DNA from: the human T2T-CHM13v2.0 reference genome, Homo sapiens
NCBI RefSeq assembly: GCF_009914755.1
Contig: NC_060940.1
Length of the DNA stretch: 64,000 nucleotides
Reading direction: 5' to 3' (one strand)
Position numbers and translations under genes: made by a program. Positions 56,301-64,000 of the stretch are shown here, in pieces. A model generated the notes under the pieces. The model saw only the letters and a list, made by a program, of their open reading frames with translations, did not search any database and was not told the DNA's origin. Numbering within the stretch: the stretch's first letter is position 1; every line of letters starts with the position of its first letter.

Positions 56301-56418
56301 GAATCTTCTGGTACTCGCATTAAGAGGTATGACGAAATCACATCCATCTGGGCAGTAGGAATAAGGAATCTGGGGTCACCAGAACATGATCTCGGATATA
56401 GGAGGATCTCAAACCTGA

Positions 56419-56844
<426 letters not shown>

Positions 56845-57419
56845 TAAAAAAACAAAAAAACCTTCTCAGGTGTTTATAATGTGCAGCCAGGACTGAGAAC
56901 TAGTGATTTTATGCAGAGAACAAAACAAAACCCAAAATCCTACTGAGCAGAGAAAAACTGTAAGCCTGCAGGCATCCTATAAGCCTGGGTTTGATTCTTG
57001 ACCTCATCAGTTGAATCCTGACTACACCTGAGCCTCACAGAGTCCAGCCTGTGATCCTGGCCAAGTTTCTGAACCTCTCTGAGCTTTATTTACCTATAAC
57101 ACAGGGAGGGTGGCAGCTGCATCTCAAGATTTGTGTTGCTGTCAGTGCTCCAGGCACACTGGGCTTCTTGTCTCCAGACACTGGCATCTTTCTGGTCTCC
57201 TTGCTTCTACCCAGGCTGCCCTCTCCACCCAGCTCACTCCAAACATCTTTAATACCCAGCTCAAGTATCATTTGCTCTGAAAGCCTGTGTGTGCATGCAA
57301 TTGTAATTCCTTCTGCCTGAGATTTTCTTCCTTCAGCTTGTGGCAGTGAATTCTAACTTTCCCCTGATAGCCATTCTCCTCTTCTTTCTTCAGTACTAGG
57401 TCCCTGTGTGTTACCTGAG

Positions 57420-58861
<1,442 letters not shown>

Positions 58862-60121
58862 CTATATTGCCCAGGCTGGTCTCAAACTCCTGGGTTCAAG
58901 TGATTCACTTGCCTCAGCTTCCCAAAGTGCTAGGATTACAGATGTGAGCCACTGTGCCCAGCCCAGTTTCTGACCTTAATTATATTAGCAATGTCATATT
59001 CTATTTTTTTTCTTTAGAGACAGGGTTTCACTCTGTCACCCAGGCTAGAGTGCAGTGATGCAATAGTAGCTCACTGTAACCTCGAACTCCTGGCCTCAAA
59101 TGATCCTCTTTCCTTGGCTTCCCAAAGCGCTGGGATTACAGGCGTGAACCGTTGCATCCAACAACAATATCATAGTGTATTGGCTAGAAGTAAATCTCAG
59201 ACCGGGCGCAGTGGCTCACGCCTGTAATCCCAGCACTTTGGGAGGCCAAGGTGGGTGGATCACCTGAGGTCGGGAATTCGAGACTAGCCTGACCAACATG
59301 GAGAAACCCCGTCACTACTAAAAATACAAAATTAGCCAGGCATGGTGGCGCATGCTTGTAATCCCAGCTACTCAGGAGGTTGAGGCAGGAGAATCACTTG
59401 AACCCGGGAGGTGGTGGTTGCGGTGAGCCAAGATCATGCCATTGCATTCCTGCCTGGGCAACCAGAGCGAAACTCCGTCTCAAAAAAAAAAAAAAAAAGC
59501 AAAGTCACCCAGGGTCTGTCACAGGGAATCTTGGCTGCAAATCCAGAGCTCTTTCCAGAAACCCTCAAAGTTTTCAGAGACATTATTGTTTTGCTCTCTC
59601 TGCCTTGGATGTTTCAAATAACAATCGCCATTGTTTGTCTTTATCAACCATGTTTATCCATGGGGCAGGCAAGTCTGCAAAGTGAATGAGCTGCTGAATG
59701 GCCTGTGTTCTCACCACTTCCTTCCCCATAGTTGGCAGCCCGGAGGCATCCTGGACATGAGACTTCAGTGAGCACAACAACCACCTCTGGGGCATTTGTT
59801 TACTCATTGCCCAATTTTGGCCACACTGTGGGGTCAGGATGGCACCACAATGCGCCATGACAGAGAAAGGGACCAATCAAGGGAGATACTGTTGTTCCCC
59901 ATCATTCTGTCCTGGATCAGTGGAGGGACACGATAGGACCATATTAGGAGTTAGTAGTTATCAAATGCTTCCTCTAATTCAGACAAGTGCCTAGCACTTT
60001 GTGCATGGTTATTCCACTTAATGCTCAGAGCAACCCTTTAGGGTAGGCAGTATAATCAGCCTCATTTCTGGTTTTTTGTTTTTTGAGACAGAGTCTCATT
60101 CTTTCACCCAGGCTGGAGTGA

Positions 60122-60292
<171 letters not shown>

Positions 60293-60784
60293 TGACCTTA
60301 GGTGATCCATCCGTTTTGGCCTCCCAAAATGCCGGGATTATAGGTGTGAGCCACCACACCTGGCCAGTCAGCCTCATTTTATAGAAGAGAAAGTGGAGGC
60401 TCAGAAAGGTGAAGTGACTTGCTCATAGTCCCATAGCCAGAACGTGGCAGAGCTGGGTCTCTATGGTTCCCTAGCCAGTGCCTGCCCTGCTGTGTGTGCC
60501 CTTCTGTGCCTTTAGTGGATGCCTTTCAAGATCCCTCTTTTCGCCCATTCACAATGAGGCTCTGGAAGACAAATCTCCAGGTTTTAACAGCTTGGTACTC
60601 AATGCTAGGGAGATTCTCTAGCCCTATGAGAATTATTCTTGGCGGCCGGGTGCAGTGACTCATGCCTATAATCCCAGCTACTCGGGAGGCTGAGGTGGGT
60701 GGATCACCTGAGGTTAGGAGTTTGTAGATCAGCCTGGCCAACATGGCAAAACCCTGTCTCTACTAAAAATACAAAAATTAGCTA

Positions 60785-61000
<216 letters not shown>

Positions 61001-61200
61001 TCAGAAACAGCCGCTGTGTGCAGGGTTGTGCTGGAGCCAGCCCATACCAGCTTGTGAGAACTGATTGTTAAGTCTTCAAAAATTTCGTTGTATTGTTTAC
61101 AACAGCCAAAAAATGGAAATAAAAGAAATGCCTATTAGTTGGTAAATACAGCATATCCAGGCCGGATGTGGTGGCTCAAGCTTGTAATCCCAGCACTTTA

Positions 61201-61483
<283 letters not shown>

Positions 61484-62037
61484 TCATCACTTTCTAATTA
61501 TTCTATTACATTTTAGCATTATCTGTGTGTTTGAGTTATTTATATCTGTTTCATCTGTATGATGGGGACACTGTATCATGGTGTGCCACTGTACATCTCT
61601 TCCCATCATCAACGTTACATCATCTCATGTTGGTAACTTAAAACCAGCCATGGTGGCCGGGCACATTGGGTCACACCTATAATCCCAGCACTTTGGGAGG
61701 CTGAAGTGGGAGGATGGCTTGAAGCTAGGGGTTTGAGACCAGCCTGGGCAACACAGTAAGACCCCGTCTCTACAAAACGTTTTTTTAAAAATTAGCCAGG
61801 CATGATGATGCACACCTGTGGCCCCAGCTACTCAGGAGGCCGAGGCAGGAGGATTGCATGAGCTCTTGAGTTTGAGGCTGCAGTGAGCTATTACTGCACC
61901 ACTGCACTCCAGCGGGGGTGACACAGTAAGAATCTGTCTCTAAAAAATAAAAAAGAGGGGCCAGGCATGGTGGCTCATGCCTGTAATCCCAGAGCTTTGG
62001 GAGGCCGAGGCAGGTGGATTACAAGGTCAGGAGATCA

Positions 62038-62429
<392 letters not shown>

Positions 62430-62664
62430 TCAGCCTGCTGAGTAGCTGGGATTACAGGCGTGCATCACCACACTCAGCTAATTTTTGTATTTTTAGTAGA
62501 GACGGGGTTTCACTGTGTTGGCTAGGATGGTCTCCATCTCCTGACTTCATGATCTGCCCACCTCGGTCTCCCAAAGGGCTGGGATTACAGGCGTGAGCCA
62601 CCGTGCCTGGCCCCTTATTTGAATTTTAATCCAAATAAACAGTAAAACATTCTCAGAGATTTGA

Positions 62665-62964
<300 letters not shown>

Positions 62965-62984
62965 TGAGCCACTGCACCTGGCCT

Positions 62985-63232
<248 letters not shown>

Positions 63233-63343
63233 TGAACTCCTGACCTCAGTTGATCTACCTGTCTTGGCCTCCCCGAGTGTTGGGATTACAGGTGTGAGCC
63301 ACTGCGCCTGGTCTGGATATTTTATTACATTGAGGAATTACTG

Positions 63344-63688
63344 AACTATGGTTTTAGTGTGTTCCCTCCAAAATTCGTGCTTAAACTTAATCCCTACTGT
63401 GGCAATATTAAGTGATGGGGCCTTCTCTGCCCTCGTGAATGGACTAGTGCCTTATAAAAGGGCTGGAGGAAACAAGGTTGGGCTCTTTTAGCCTGTCATC
63501 CCTTCCACTACGTGAGGACACCTAGTCAGTGACATCTACAAGGAATGGGTCATCACCAGACACCAAACTTGCTGGCACCTTGATCTTGAACTTCCCAGCC
63601 CCTAGAACTATGAGAAAATAAATTTCTCTTATTTATAAATTACCCAGTCTGTTGTATTTTGTTATAGCAGAACAAACAGACCAAGACA
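63344..63688 (+). mobile_element. MST-family (MSTC/MSTD-like) solo LTR
   Basis: CTATGGTTTTAGTGTGTTCCCTCCAAAATTC…TATAAAAGGGCT…GGCACCTTGATCTTGAACTTCCCAGCC…AATAAATTTCTC…TTGTTATAGCAGAACAAACAGACCAAGACA. Confidence 0.85.
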
Positions 63689-64000
63689 TACTGTTAAAAT
63701 TGCTAGCTGTGATGATGATGTTGTAACTATGGTTTTGTTTAGTTTCTGTAGGGACAGGGTCTCTCTGTGTTGACCAGGCTGATCTTAAGTGATCCTCCCA
63801 CCTCACCCTGGTAACATTGCCTCTTTGTTTGTTTGTTTTGGTTTTTTTTTTTGAGATGGAGCCTCACTCTGTCTCCAGGTTCGAATACAGTTGCGTGATC
63901 TCCGCTCACTGCAACTTCCGCCTCCCGGGTTCAAGCGTTTCTCTTGCCTCAGCCTTCCGAGTAGCTGGGATTACAGGCGGGCACTACCAAGCCCAGCAAA

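Overview
Human (primate) genomic DNA covering the 5' end of USP7 (ubiquitin-specific protease 7/HAUSP, recognised from the N-terminal peptide [26 protein letters not shown]) on the minus strand. Bases 1-5875 are intron 1, coding exon 1 is 5876-5954, and the promoter is a CpG island at ~5200-7080. The remaining ~57 kb upstream is extremely Alu-dense and has no other convincing protein-coding gene. It contains a 5'-truncated L1PA, a full-length short-VNTR SVA, old L1M, MLT1/MST LTR and DNA-transposon fragments, and two GC-rich unique islands with CTCF-like motifs. Most listed ORFs are Alu, L1, SVA or GC-richness artefacts. The main observations are: (i) two additional ATG-bearing minus-strand exon candidates (5144-5180 and 17767-17950) that end in the same phase-1 donor as USP7 exon 1, suggesting interchangeable N-termini; (ii) a stop-free, AUG-free leader in frame with the USP7 AUG, with near-cognate starts, plus a near-cognate uORF whose stop overlaps the AUG; (iii) a 108-bp near-perfect non-repeat hairpin fused to a truncated Alu at 28509-28616; (iv) signals for a spliced antisense lncRNA across the promoter. 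Repeat boundaries and subfamily calls are by eye and approximate.
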